Shown here: piece after piece, positions 34,901 through 48,759 of the stretch
Numbering within the stretch: the first letter of the stretch is position 1
Layout: each line of letters starts with the position of its first letter
Source of the DNA: Raillietiella orientalis
Lineage: Eukaryota
Assembly: GCA_036172245.1 (NCBI GenBank)
Contig: JAYWIR010000041.1
Span: 558,001 to 622,000 of the forward strand
Direction of reading: 5' to 3'
Length of the DNA: 64,000 nt
The notes under the pieces: generated by a model
What the model was told of the DNA's origin: nothing
Databases searched by the model: none
The model's input: only the letters and a program-made list of their open reading frames with translations
Translations under genes and position numbers: made by a program

Positions 34901-37269
34901 CGAAGGATACGAGGCTGCAAAGATGCAGACGGGAGCACATGCTGCAAGGTAGAAGGATTGTGGCTCAAGAGGGGGCAGAAAAGCAGGAAAGCAGATTTTT
35001 GCAACCCGAGTTGGAATTAAAATCGTGTTCCGAAAACCTGATTGGCTATTCAGAAGGCGCTGTGGGCTCGCTCTTATCTTTCCTTGACTGCAGAGCCAAC
35101 CAGAGGTGGGGATCTTGATCAGCGCTCCAAACCATACAACGCGGATCCGTATAACGCGGTAGTCCTCGTATAACGGGGAAAATCATTCCCGTACAGCACC
35201 GTGGGTAAATTTGAATTTCTCGTACGCAGTGTCAGCTCAGATGTTTACAGGAAAACACAAACATGCGCTGGAAGCACCTCAGACTTCATTTCATTCAAAT
35301 TTTCGTGAATGGCTCAAGAAGATACAGGTTTTTCAACAACGAGAACGAAGCTGCCCAACTGTTTCAGTTCACCAGATCTCGGTAAAAGTGTTCAAACACT
35401 TTCTTTTTCTTTTCACTTCCAGCTTATGATGCAAAAACACTTTCCCTTTTCCCCCCTTCTGTTCCAAAGTGAAATAATCGATATTCTACTGTTTAAGGTA
35501 CACTGCACATCTTTTATGAGTGCTGTCTATTGTATAATCAATCCACAGGGCTCGTATAACGGAGATTCATATGACGCGTAACGCATCCACCGCGTCACAT
35601 GGAAGTTCACGGTACTTCCATCTCAAGTGCTGCCGTGTCATCCAGAATCCTCAAAGTGCCTGGAGGAGTTCGCCACTCGGCATGGATCTCGTGATACATC
35701 CATCACCGATGTTGGGAGGGTGGAGTTTCCCTCCCCCCATGGAAGCAGAAGGAGAACTTGGAAACGCAGCTTCTGTGGCAAGGAGCTGCTGCTGGCCCAC
35801 GTTGTCTCATGAGTCGGCGCTGCCATGAGGAGGAATCTCGAATACCAACTTACCCCCCTGCCCCTTCCTCTGCAAGCGCCTACTTCTGTTGCGAGCTTTC
35901 AGCGACGGAGGAGGATCCCTGTCCCCCGTCTCTGGGGCAACGGGATTTTCTCATTCTTTCCGGATCAGCTGGAAGGCAGCGGCAAGATTTCGGGAGGATC
36001 TGCATACTGCTTCCCCCTCTTTGCGGGCTTCCAGGAGGGGATCCTGGCCCAGTGCCATTCGGAAATTAGTGGAGAGTGCCGAAACGAGGACGCTGGTCAC
36101 CAGGGGGATCGTGACCCCACCCACAGCTACACCCTGGCGCAAGCGCACGCTGTGGCATCTCCCTGGGTGTGCACCTCCCCAGCGCAAGCGCGGTAGCAGC
36201 ACCTTCCTCAGATTCGACCTGGACGCGTGCTTCTCACCCTTCTCTTCTGGCGCTGCTCCACTTCCTTCCTCCAGAGCGCGAAATCCCCCTTCTCTAGCAA
36301 CCAGCCTCTCCACTTTGATCTTAGCCAAAAGGCCGAGAAGCGATGGTCTCTCGGACTTTTGCTCCCTGGAGGAGACGCTTTGCACCCAAGGCACTCCTGA
36401 AGCTTTAACGTGAGCGACCTGCATCCAAGGCCCGTCTTCCCTTCCGCGCGACCTCAACGGCTTCGTGAATCCGGAAGTGGCCTCACCGCCGAACAGTCTA
36501 GCCCTCCTTTCCCCGCAGCAAGAAAGGAGGAACGGGAGGATGGCTTCTTAGGGGAGTGGCGTCTCCTACGTCCGAGCGAAGACACCCGCGGGAAAACTGG
36601 CGGCCCTCCGCCACGCTCCCGGCCGGTCTTCCTCGGCGGCGCGCGGTGGCACAGCGTTCAGCCGTCATCTCCCCAGGAGATCCCAGATTGACAGCCCTTT
36701 CGCCCCCTGGGAAACCCGAAGAGGAGAGTCTATCCCGTCCGGTGACCAGCAGCTCGCGCGGGTGAGCTGAGAAAAGGACGGTTCCCCGGGAAGGTTTCAA
36801 CTAGCAATAATCGCGGGAAGGTGCACCTGGAGGAAGGCGGGAAAGAGGTGCCTTCCAGGGGTGACCTTCCTTCCCGTTTCCGGGACGGCTCACGAGACAA
36901 GTAGTCGTATTCTCACATACGCCCCCCCTCTCTCCACCCTGCTTACTGAGCTTTCTACGTCGGGAGACTCGGGCACGATGCGCTCACTGATTGGCGGGCG
37001 GCCAGCGTCCCGGTCCCTCCCTTCCGGTTTCCTTTATCCTACAGGAGAGGGCACCGTCGTCCCGCTCAGATCCGCTCGCTCTCCGGGTTCTCTGTGCTCT
37101 CCTCTACTGGAGCTCCGCTTTCTCCCCTTCTGCATCCGGGGATCGTCCCGAGGGCTTCGTTCCAAGCATTGCCATTGTCATCTCCGAACATTGCTCCACC
37201 TCCCAAGGAGGGCAGCTCCCTTTCCCGCTTTGTCCTGGAGGAGGTCGGGCGAGACCTTAAGGTGGCACG

Positions 37270-38300
37270 CTCATCCGGAAAGGCCTTTGGGCATGTTCCC
37301 AGATTCCAGACGTCCCGTCGTCAGAGTTCAGAACGGGCTGCGTCATCGAGGTGGGATGCTGGAGGAGCAGCCTATTCCAGGAGGGGGACACTTTCCAGGA
37401 GCAGGAGCAGCTGATCCAGGTGTCGGAGTCCCCGCTGGAACCAGTGAGGGGCGACCCACGGATGCTGTCCTTTTCCTCCGCTGCGCGCCCGCGGTCGGTC
37501 GGTCGCGGGTGCTGGTGAGCGGTGGACCGGCTCCCGCCGTCGGTTTTTCAGCGGGCGGGCAGTTCCCGGTGTTCCAGAGCGAGATAAGGGGCAGCGTGTG
37601 CCGCTCGCTGCTTCTCCCTCGTCCCCAGATGGCGTCCTCCCAAGACACCATCTGGGGCGTTCCGCCGACCCGCGTGCACCTCCATCTTCCTGCGTGGCCT
37701 TGCCGCGGTCCCCCGGGCGGAGGCAGATGCTCCAGCAGCTCTGCCGCTTCTCCCTTCTGGAGGTCCACGCAGGCAGCGGCCACCTCAGTAGGGCCGCGGC
37801 CTCCTCCAAGTCGCCGGTACGCGCCTTCATCTTGGTCGGGATGGTGCAGGGAGCGCTGGGCGGCGCCTGGGGGTGGCAGTCGAGCCGATCAGCTTGAAGG
37901 ACCTCAGGAGGCTGAGGCTGGCCTTCGTCTCGCCATAACACGGCTCCAGAGGCTCCTTCTTGCCGGAGCTCAGCAGCTTCTGCCTCCCTAGCTTCTCGTC
38001 GAGGGGCGTCACCCTACCGCTACCGGCCTCCACGCCCTGACCACTCCGCGCAAATCGGAGCTGTGGATTTCGGCTTAGGTATGTTCTGTACCGCTGCTGC
38101 TTTTTCTTTTTTCTTTTTGGCAGCATCGCGCTGCTTGGGAGCGAAGTATCCCAGAGCACATCAGCGCCGCTGGCTATTCGCTGAGTCTGCGTGGACGGGC
38201 GTTCGCGGCAGGACTCGACCCCTAGAATCCTACGCCTTCCTGACCGCTTCTCGGATCAGGCTTCCTCCTCTAGCCACCCCGGCTGCAGCAGCCTCGCGGT
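37270..38300 (-). mobile_element. Possible L1/Tx1-like ORF2 relic
   Basis: SLWNTGN, PHWFQRGLRHLDQLL (W..GI..L.DL-like) and LIREAV scraps, with many frameshifts. Confidence 0.3.
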
Positions 38301-39101
38301 CATCTGAAGGGCGAGTTCCGTGCCTTGTGGAAGCCGGCAGCAGCAGCTGCTGCCTCGGGCAGCGCCACGAGAGCCAGCAGCCCCCGACGACACTCCCGCA
38401 AACGGGGTCTGCGCCCTCGCTCCCCTCACGTGATCTATCCCGGATGGTCAACCGACTCAAGGCCTCAAAGAAGCGCCCATTCGCCAAGCAGGGACGCCGG
38501 GCAGCACGCCCCGGTAAGGAGGACGCCCACCTTGACCAGACCAACTCCACCGGACGAGGCAGCCGCGGTGAGCGGTCGCTCCTGACACCGCCGACCCCAA
38601 CCGTCCCCCTGGGAGCATCCCGGGAACCTCGCGCCCGGAAAAGTAAGTGGAAAAGCTCGGCAGAAGCAGCGACCTCGGTCCGGGGCGGAGAGAGCAGGGG
38701 GCCGGCTCTCATCGCGTCGAACGGACAGGAAGCGGAAGGGCAGCGCAGGGTACCCGCCAGTTGCGCTCCAGGGGAGGAAACCGCCTCCGGCACGCGCGTG
38801 AGACTCGAGGCCAGGCGTGCCAGACATCCCTACTGCGAAGTGGCGGACACGGAGGGGACGCCACGTCCGCGTCGGATGGCAGCACCGCCGCTCTCCGGGA
38901 CGCCTCGCTCACGGCAGTTAGCGCCTCAGGCTTGAGACCCGCCCATCCCTTTGCGCGCGCGGGAAGGGAGGAGGGAGGGGGAGAGAGCGGCCGAGCTCTT
39001 GCCGTGTCTCCGGCGCGGGCGTGCCCCCTGCATGCTTCCGCCGAGAACTCTATGCCCCCACGAGGACATGACCCCACGAAGAGATCGTTACTATTGGCCT
39101 A

Positions 39102-40055
39102 GGGATGGTGGAAATCCTTTTGGGTTCTTCTTTGTCTTCGCTGTTTTTTCCCTTGCAGCATTTTTTTTCCAGTTTTTTCAGGTTTTCTTTTTTTGGTTCG
39201 CTAAGTACCTCAAGAGCCGGTCGCATGCCTCGCGGCGCACGTGGCTCTTTAATACTGTTCCACGCCACCCGCGGATGGTGCGTGTTATCCTTTAAGATAG
39301 GCGGCACCCCGGCAGGGGAGGTCCGCCCTATGAATCCAGGAAGGCTTGGGAGTCCGTTTCTCTCACGCTTGGGGAGGAATCCCTACGGATCGCACCTCTC
39401 GCGCTGGTTGTCTCCGAAGGGGACCCAGAAGGAAATCTCCTTCCTCATTCTCTTCGGAGGGATCCCACCGGAAGGGGGGGTCCTCTCCGTTTCATCTTCT
39501 CCGAAGGGAACCCGCAAAGGATCCGCTAGTAGGAATTTCTTCTCCGAAGGGAATGTAAACCGCTCGTGTTCACCTCTCTGAAGAGAACCCCAAAGAATTC
39601 AGAAGGGGCTCTGCAGCTTCCCGCAGAAGGATCGCTCTCGCTTGCTTCCTTGTACTCCTTCTGGAGAGGCGGCGACTCGGAGGGTCCCCCTGCAGCCGGG
39701 GTGGATCTGCTTCTGGAGACAACTGGAGAGGTACCTGTGAAGGCTCCTGCTCCATCTTGAAACCGAAGAGGTCCCCCGGTGGGGAGGTCCGCTCTCCGTT
39801 GCATGACCGGAGGGGGAACTCCCCACTCCTTGATTCCTAAAAGGACCCGAAGGTCGACTCTCATTGTTGCGGCCTTCATCGGGGGTCTCTGGTTTTAACC
39901 GCTACCGGTGCCACGCCCGAATGATCACAGGTCAACCAGCGCCATTGCAGGAGAAACCTAGAACCCAACGACGCAGTTTCTGCTAGAGTATTCGAACCCG
40001 CGACTCATGGTACCACATGCGGAGGCCTTAACCACAAAATCTCCTTCCCGAGACC
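39102..40055 (-). mobile_element. SINE-like family A copy
   Basis: Highly similar to 33926-34900, with the same left end gggatggtggaaatcc and the same head tattcgaacccgcgac...ccttaaccac. Confidence 0.75.
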
Positions 40056-40149
40056 CCGGCGGCTACTAGCCAGCCGGCGAAGAGGCGCAGGAATCGGCGC
40101 TCCCGGAGGGAGAGGAGGCGCCGCCGCCTGCTTTCGTGAGCGACAGAGC

Positions 40150-40362
40150 AACAGGACGAAGAGAAAGGGAGGAAGCTAAAGGAAGAGGAAGAAGGATGAG
40201 GAGCAAGGAAGGGAGAGGAGAGGGAACGGATAACGGAGAGAGGAAAGAAAAAGAAGAGGAAGGAAAAAGGAGGAGGAAAGAAAGGAATCCAGGATGGGGG
40301 GAGGTAGAAGAGGAAGAGGAGGAGGAGGAGGAAGAGGAAAGAAAGAAGGGAGGAGGAAAGAG
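40150..40362. repeat. Purine-rich (GA/GGA/GAA) low-complexity tract
   Basis: Almost pyrimidine-free on the + strand. Confidence 0.8.
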
Positions 40363-41559
40363 CGGGTGCCGGTCAGTGGTCGGTAGGCCGCCAGGTCACC
40401 TCCAGGGCTGCAACCGCAGCGACGAAGGCGCGTCCGTCACGGGACGCTCGGACGAGCAAATCAGCGTCATCGATCCCCGGGAGGCTGACGGCGTGCAGCA
40501 CGGAGGAAATAGCGCCCGCAGTCCAGCCCTCAGCGTTCCCTCAGGTGCGCGTGGGTAAGACTGGTCGCGGGTCGCCATCTCCTGCGGCGTTGAGGGGGGT
40601 TGCCTGCCGCCCCACCGCTAATGTGCAGGCGGCCGTGTCGCCTCTTGTTTTTGTTTACTCCCTTGGTCTCTCCCCATTTTAACATGTCCGGGAGCACTGA
40701 AACAGGAGCGGAACTCGCGAGTGTTTAGGTTCGTTGTCCCCAGAGAGAAGGAAGGCTGGTTCAATCGTCCCTGGATCAGGAACGCGTCTCGAAAATCCGG
40801 CTTCCAGAAAAGGAGAAGCAGGACCCTGTGATCTCGTGCCAATGGCGGGAGGAGTCGCCGGAGACCGAGGAAATTCTCTGGAAGCTGTCCGCTCGGGAAA
40901 CTGCGTGGTCCTTCGAGGGTTTGAAAACTGTGTCTTTCCGGAAGGAAGGAGGAGGAAACCGTGTCTTGCTGGAAGGAAGGAGGGGCTGAGAATGAGGAGG
41001 CGTCCCAGGGGTCCGCCCCGTGATAGGAGGTAGCGTTCTCCTCCTGGAAAGAGAAGTGCGACGGTCTGCTTCTATTCTCAGCAGCCCCGCATCCAAACAC
41101 CCTCCGGAGAACAGCGCCACTGATGGTGGCGGAGAAGAGCCAAAGGGCAGCTTCATCCTGAGCCTACGAGGAGGGCGGTACCGATGAAGGCCGCAAGCTC
41201 CAAGATAACCTGAAGCGTTCCCGAAGAAACCAGTCGCGGCAGCGCAAATCACCAGTGGAGACCAAGAGCCATCGCAATTCTTTCTTTCCACGCGTGGAGT
41301 GCCACGCCGCATTCATTCCGAGGTCTTCTTAGCAGGTGGGAAGCCGCCTCTTAATGACAAAGGTGCTGGACAAAGGCGAGCGTCGCGAAACTGCCAATTT
41401 TCGTAAGTCCTTCCGGAATCTTTTTTTCTTGGTCATCTCGCTAGAAGTTTGCAAGGTCGAACTTTCGAAAGCGGCGGGACTTCAGGCAGCTTCTCAGCGT
41501 CCCTACCGGCGCACTTTCCCCCTGATGCGCGCGCTTCTGACATTCTGGAGAGGCAGCCC

Positions 41560-41835
41560 TCCAAGAGGGTAGCATTTTCACAGCCAGAGGGAATACTGAG
41601 GGGAAACGGCTCTTTGAGTCCTAGAAGGACCCCGGAAGGTCAACTTACAATCCCGGCCAGTTGATCGAGTCATCCGGTTTCCGGCTTCCAGTGCCGAAGC
41701 CCGACATTGGGCCGACTAGCGGGTGACTGCGGGGAGACTCTAACGAAGCACCCGCATTGCTCGGCGTCGATCCTCCTCGTGGGGATTTGAACCCCCGACC
41801 GCTTGGCTCACGTGGTTCACCAAAGCAAGCTGATG
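41560..41835 (-). mobile_element. SINE-like family A, 5' part
   Basis: gaaggacccggaaggtcaacttacaatcccggcc...ggggatttgaacccccgac. Confidence 0.6.
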
Positions 41836-42959
41836 AGCGTTTCGGACTAGGGGAGGAAGGGAGGAAGAGGAGGAGGGAACTGACCTCTCAGAGGAGATGA
41901 TCAAGGATGTGAAGTATTCCAGCAGTTTAGCAAATGGAGCTTCGGTGGAGTTTTGAGACCAATCAGATGACAGCATGAGGTTCTTGGGTTGGGTGGGAAC
42001 TTGGGTTCTCCCTGGATCTCGCGAAAAGCCATTTTTTTTTTTTGCATCCAGGAGCCTTTCCGATCCTTCTTTTTCGTCAAAAAAAAAAAAAAAGTCGCAA
42101 CTCAGGAAAACTAAGGAGCCTCGGTGCGGTTTTCAGTCGAGGCTGTGTGACGCAGCTGTTCCAGGAACATCTTGTGGCAGCGGAAGCAGGCATCTTTTTT
42201 CTCATCTCCATCCTCTCTCAAAGGGCGATTTTTTTTTTTATCCTCCTGCTTCTCGGCATTTCGGCTAAGATATAAATGCTGCAGGAGGTGACGCTGGGCA
42301 TCTCTTGCCCATCTGAAGAGGAAGTCCATTTGAGGAGGCAGACTGCAATATTTCTGGGAATGAGAAAGAGATTAAGCATCAAGCGTTGCCTTCAACTCCT
42401 CTTCCAGAGGGCTCTGCAGGTGAGGACCTATCCTTGTAGCTGGATCTCTGGGAAGCTGGATCGGAGCAGCAATGGAGATGCTTGCGGACTGGACTGTACG
42501 ACCGCACCCAGAAGAGAGGAAGCAGCTCGTGACTGCCCTGCGCGTGCCCGATGCAGTCGGAGCATCCACTGGACCCACCGACTCGGATGCGCACCTGAGG
42601 ACGGACAGGACTTCTCGAATCCGAGGTCAAAACCTGGGTCAAAAGGTCAGCATTGGGCAGCGGACGGAAGGTGACGCCGAGTCGGTCATGGTCAACCGCC
42701 ACAAGGAACAAACCCCTCACTGCTTCCCTCACAGAACTCGTCTCATACACCTGGTAGGTGGACAGACTGGCAGATGCTCGAGAACCATCGGAAGAAGAAA
42801 TTCCTGGGTGCTGCACCCTTCTGGAAATACCTTTAGAGAACGCATCTGCAGCTTCGAGAGGATCTTTATTTTAGACCCACCCCTTACCGAAGGATTGTGG
42901 ATATCGGATGACTGGAAGGGCCAAATTAAGAGACGAATGCACCAGGTAGGGATTGCTGC

Positions 42960-43110
42960 TCCTGTTGCAAGGTGCCCACGCGCACGCGTTGGCTGCCGCG
43001 AGCAGTGCCGAGCGTTGGAGGCTAGAATTCCCCGAGACCGGCGAATTGGGGAATGCGTTGTAGGTTTTGGGTCCCCTCCCCCCGCAGGATGACGCTGGCT
43101 GGCCCACGAA
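42960..43110 (+). mobile_element. SINE-like family A head fragment
   Basis: cccccgcaggatgacgctggctggcc block in the opposite orientation. Confidence 0.4.
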
Positions 43111-43639
43111 CTTTGGGTGAGGCGCTGGCGGAGCGCGCGCGCGCGTTGGAAACCGTCTCCCCGCCTACTGGCCGGGATGAGAAGCTGACTCCCCAGGGTC
43201 CATCCAGGAAGCGCAAAGTCGGCTTCCCTAGGGGTTTCCCCCCCTCCAGCTGCGCCATTGGAGACGACCCTCCTACGAGAGAGTCTTTCCATAGCGTCGG
43301 ATTGATACCGATTGGAAAGCAAAAACGCGGGGCTTTCGGGACACAGACGACGTCTTTTGCTTGCCTCCGCTGAAGTCTGCGCGATGGTCTTCCCCGATGC
43401 TCCTCTCCGTCGAATTTTCCCTCTTCTCCCTTCGTCGTTCCATAGCCACAATTAACGCGCACTCCCTTGCCCTTCGATGACGAAAAAGTAGATTTTTTTC
43501 CCGATTCGGAGGAAAGTCTTCCACAAGTCCCACTTCCCTCTCTGCGGCATGCGTAATCGCGTCCAGAAAAGAACAGAGCGAAAAGAAGTCCGTAGGAATC
43601 CATTCTGGGGGGGTAGGGGGGCAGAAGAGTGAACACGCG

Positions 43640-43910
43640 CACTTTCTATTCTGTCCTTTCCACTCCTGTTCTATTTTTTCCTATTTTATTCCATTCTGTT
43701 CTATTCTGTTCTTTTCCGTTCTTTACTCTTCTTTTTTCTATTCCATTCCATACTCTTTCGTTCTCTTCTCTCCTGTTCTAGTCTATTTTATTTTATTCTG
43801 TTCGGTTCTCTTCTTTACTAGTCTATTCCATTCTATTTTTCCCTTTTTTATTCCATTCTCTTCTGTTGTATTCAATTCATTTGTTTTGTTCTATTCTGTT
43901 CCATTTTATT
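43640..43910. repeat. Degenerate (TTCTA/TTCCA/TTCTG)n pentamer microsatellite
   Basis: Visible 5-bp periodicity. Confidence 0.8.
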
Positions 43911-46900
43911 AACAAGCATAATGCTGCTTGACAAATTTTTTGTCGCATCAGACCGCGTAGAGAACGATGGAGCACACTATTCTTGTGTAGAATTATTGAT
44001 GATTATGTAGGAAATATGTCATTTTGCCTTACGCAAAAATTATTGCTGACTTATTAGAGAACCAACTTATGGCAGGGAATTCCGGGGAGAAACACAAAGG
44101 AGCACTGTAGGACATTTGCAGTATTTGGATGATAAAGTCTGGAATTGCACCTTCTTGCCCAGTTCATGAACTGTTTTAGCTATAATGCTTAAGAAATTCA
44201 CTAAATAGGAAGATCCACCCCCTCATCCCCCAAAACCCCTCTCCCCCAAAAAAAAAACATACTGAGAGTTTTGACTCCCTGATACTTTAATAATTTCATT
44301 AAAATACGTTTTTCTCACTTTCAACGTGCAATCTATTCTTTCCTTTTCTGTTTCTATGCTATTTTGCTCTAAGGAAATTCCCTTAAAGTGCAGTGTCGAA
44401 TGATGCTCTCCAAATCCCTGAGGTCATCTTCACAAATGGGTTTTCGTTGTGATTTTGGACACTTGAATTGATCCCTGATGATGGATTTCTTGACATCTGG
44501 GACGAGCTATTTACGTTCTCGGCGTTCACTTCGGAAGCCGCTGGGAGGTCTCCGCTTCCATTAGCGGAAAATAGGAGGGACCCCTGGAGGACTTCTATAC
44601 CAGCGCATCTTACCAGAAAAAAAAATCGATGCGGTCGCTCTTGAGAAAGAAGATGAACAAGAAAATACGAACAAGGTCTTTCATAGAAGGACCACAAAAA
44701 GCAAAGAAAAGCATGCATGCACCAAAAAACATAAGCATGCGCACAAAACTATATGACTTCTGCACTTCGACCGACCACAGTGGTACAGCATCCCACATTC
44801 AGTCGTATCGGGAAACTATCAACCACCTCTCAAGAAGCTACCCAACAGCTACGTCTGGTGTGTGGTCACGCAAAAGCAGCAGCCAGCGTTGCGCACCTCC
44901 TCTGCCCAACGTATACAGAAAGATCAGATGGAAGTCTTCACTCAACAGTCACTGAAGATTTCGGGGCTGTCAGTTCTCCCACAGGAGGACGTCCTTATCT
45001 CACGGCTTTGAACCCTTTCCTGGGGGAAAGAAGAGTGCCAAAGACTTCCCATTCCTTCTCGCAGAACTTGAAAAAAGAAGAACCTTACTAGAGGGATGAG
45101 TTACCGGCCGAAAAACAGAGGTTTGAAACAACAACCCTTTGCACAAGAGTTCTGCTGCGACACGCCCACCTTCGTGGCTTTCCCGCGCGTGAGACGGTGG
45201 ACTCATTGCGGCAATTTGCCGAAATAAACCCGAAGGCAAGACGCCAGACGTGTCCACTGCAGTAAAGGAATTGGATCGATTGCCTGTGGCGGGACGGAGA
45301 TTTCGCTGCAACGGGTCCTTTGGCAGCGCGACCCGTCGCGGTGCGCGTGGAACCAAAGCACACCGTCAAATAAGTCTATTGAGGAAGCGGTATACAAAGA
45401 GAACAGCTCAAAAGGAAGACCCTTTGCGGCGAATGGTTCTCGCAAATGGCCCCAGAATCTGATAATCGTTTATAAGAGTCCTGTGTTCACGAACTCAATG
45501 AGGTGGAGGTCGCACCACAATCGAAGAGCAGCTCTTCCCGCAAAAGGACGAGTGGCCTGGGTAATGATGGGAAAAACTAATTTGTGGAACACAGACTGGC
45601 TTGGTGGAAAGCTGGGGAAAAGCCACCCCTTTTCCACATTTTTTTATGTATCTCGCCTCACGGGAGCTGCGTCGATTTAGAAAGTCACGGAGGTGGTTGA
45701 TGATTCCCTTTCGTGCCCGTGGCACGCTAACAGTCTCCCTAAGCTTCCAGCTTCGTAACCATGGTTTCCCACAGGAGAAAAAAAGCAACCTGACTCGGAG
45801 TCCCTTGCTTCTCACCTCAGGCTAAGGTGACTTGATGATAGAAAAGAGCACCGAAATGCATACCTTCCGAGAGTGACATTTCCGATTTCGAGGATCGCAG
45901 ATTCTCCTTTCTCTTGTGTCAGCCGGGAAAGGCTCCCTTTTTTATCAATGCGGGATGGAAATGAAAAAGAGAAAAAAGAAAAAGTCCTGTCAGCATTAAG
46001 CTAAGCGTCTAGTCAATCCTTGCATGAGAATTAGAAAGTCATCGTGTCCGTGTCAGCCCTGCTTCTTCCCTGAGAATATTCTGTGGACATGGAAAGCTCG
46101 TCCACACCTCTTCAGTTGAGTGGTGTTGCACCCGCTCATTTGTTTTTGATCGTCCCTCGCTTGGTCTCAGAAGAAAAAAAAAAATTATAGATCTCTCCTC
46201 CCACGAGACATTTTTATATTCGCCCAGAATACCGTCAGTAAGGGTTGTCATGGTTGCACTGTCACTGAAAGCGTACCTGAATTATAATTGAACGGGATGA
46301 GTGAAGACGAGCCGAAAGTCTTTAATGATTTGTCAACACTCCCTTTTTTTTTTTTTTTCAAGTAGCAGAGGGACCGTTCCGCAGATTTTTTTTTTTTTGT
46401 TTTGTTTTTTTGTTTTTCAATTGCCCCCGACCCGAGTCGCGAGCTGGAATTGGAGGGGGGGGAGGGAGGAAGGCTGCTCAAAGCCTCACAAGCAACACAC
46501 CGCCTTCAGATGGAAGGCGCAGAACGCCAATAAGAGGTGCAATTCCGTGGAAACCTCGTCGCGAGCGGTAGGAAGGCTGAGCTGCTCATTAGCGGACCTG
46601 GGCAATTACTCCCAGGCATCGGCAGGTTCCTGAGGGGAATCCAAACGAAAACAGAAGCATAAAAGACAAGTACTGGAAGACTAGGAGAGCACGGAACCAA
46701 CGGGGGGCCGAAAGCCGGCAGCAGCGGATCAACATTCAAGCAAGGGGAGGGCAGACGCACACATTTCCTGAAGGCTTGTCCGGGCGGATGTTTCGAAGAG
46801 CTTCCAAGCAGCGAATCGTTGGAATCCGTGAAGAGCTTTTCGAACTGAACTTCCACGCAATCCGTGAGGAGGGAAGGGGACAAAGTTGGCCCGTAAACCC

Positions 46901-47334
46901 GGTGGATCATCCTGTGGATTGGAAAAGAACCGTGGTGCAAAGGGCTCCCCCTTTTCGACCACGCCATCACAGTGAGAAAGAAAAAAACAAACGGCGCATC
47001 CAGAGAGGATGGACGGATGCTTCGGTATTGATGGTGACATCCGTTACCTCAGTGACACACTGCATCTCAAGACGAATTAATGGAACTACCACGCACGAGG
47101 CATAGGAAACGCAGATGGAGAACAAGAAGAAGAAAAATCATCCAGCAACACAAGCAAAAGTTGAAAACCCAAAGATGCTTTTCGCTCGGATGACCCAGAG
47201 CGTTGATTTTGTTAAATAAAAAATGAACTTTCAAAGTTGATGGCAGGAGGCTCGATCCTGCTACTTTCACTGAAGAAGAAACCTGCCGGGTCGCAGGCCG
47301 GCGTGGTTCGCCTGGGCAGCAGAGGAGAGAGGGA

Positions 47335-47960
47335 CAAACAAAGATAAAAAAAAAAATTGCTTAAACCTTTGGACAGGTTGGGAAGGGATCACTGGCTGCT
47401 GGGGCGTCCCCTGCATCAATCTGAGGGTACCGGCAATTTCGAGCTGTGTGCTTCTCAGATGGGGTCATCTCGATGCCATCCTCAAGAATCGGACCGCAAT
47501 GGCGCACCCCTGTCGGCGGCGCTCCAGGCAGCCACTATCCCGTGTAGGCATCAGAGAGCTGCTGGGGATACAGCTGGCGGCAGGACATCGCGTACGAAGA
47601 GGGTTTTTAAAACACCTCTGGGGTTGCTGCCGGCGGTTCCTAGGGGTCGCGAAAAAAGCGTTCCCAGAGGGGCCGGAGGAAAACACGATCCACAAGCAGG
47701 TGCGTGGAAGGATTCACGCTCTCTGCAACTTCTGCATTTTGGGTCTACTTTCTCCTTCCCGGGTCTAGTGATGTCGACGGACCTTGTGGAGAGGTTTCAA
47801 GGCAACAGCAGGATCACCGACTGCTGCCACTTCAAAGGGCGAGCACGAGTATTTCTCAGAACTGGGGGCTACTCGAGGTCTTCCCGGGGAATCCTCAGTA
47901 GCTTGTCCCAACGCAAGAATCCTTTCGGTGGGGCAGCTGGGGTCGTAGCACCTGTGATCT
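47335..47960 (-). mobile_element. LINE (L1/Tx1-like) ORF2 3' relic with zf-RVT and CCHC region
   Basis: Minus frames give KGFLRWDKLLRIPREDLE*...PLKWQQSVILLL and VDPKCRSCRERES-HLLVDRVFLRPLW. Homologous to 54935-55600 and 51520-52210. Confidence 0.65.
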
Positions 47961-48759
47961 GGTCCATGGTCAAACAACCAAAGTCCTTTCTCCTAGAGTG
48001 AATCTCTCGACGGTAGTCGCTCCCTCAGGAAGGGACGGCACGGCGGAAAAGGGGGTCGTTTCGATTAACGCACACGTGGTACGACTCACGAGGATGTCTT
48101 GGAGCGAGCAGCTTTTGCAGTGGGGGCGCAGCAGCAACCGCTGCCGTGACTCCGGGATCTCCTCGTCTGTCCTCGCCCATGCGCGGACGGCTTCCACAAC
48201 CAGGCACTACCGCTCACGGGGCGGCATGAGATCCAGCTGCTCTCCCTGGTCAGAGCAGTCACCCTCTGGAGCTGAAGTCCGCTGAAGAGTCGCGTTGCGG
48301 CGTCGGCGCGCAAGGAAGGAAGGAAGGGAGTCTGACCAGCAGGGGCGCGGGCTCTCAGCACCCCAGGAATTCGCAACGAGGACTAGAGTTGTCCGTTGGA
48401 GCTGGCTCTCCACGAGCTCCAGTGTCAGGAGGCCGAAGCCTTCGCCCCGACGCGGAGACACAAGTCCACCAACTGGACTAGGGACTGGCCTGCACTCCAC
48501 AGGACTATCCTCAGGAGGTCTTTCGTCCGCTTTTATATATTCTTGTTTTGTTTCTATTCTTCCATCTGCCGCTCCGACTGCAGCGCCGAGAGGTAGCTGC
48601 TGCCCGAAACTCCGGAAGGGCGGATGGGGTGAGAGGGTCCTGAAGGGAAGTAAGACGCCGCCCTTCCCCGGCGTTTCCCTTCCTCTTCCCTCTTCTCTCC
48701 TTCTCTCCGGCCCGTCTTCCCTAGAGGGACGGGGAGGAAGAGAGGGCCGGACACTCCTC

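Noticed and set aside
35135..35590. Repeated CGTATAACG motifs suggesting a Tigger-like MITE
   Set aside because: All motifs are in one orientation and no closing TIR or TSD was found.
44383..44960. Possible exon scraps (..NPFVKMTSGIWRASFDTAL*; FPDTTECGMLYHC, chitin-binding-like)
   Set aside because: Too short, ambiguous frame and no supporting partner exons.
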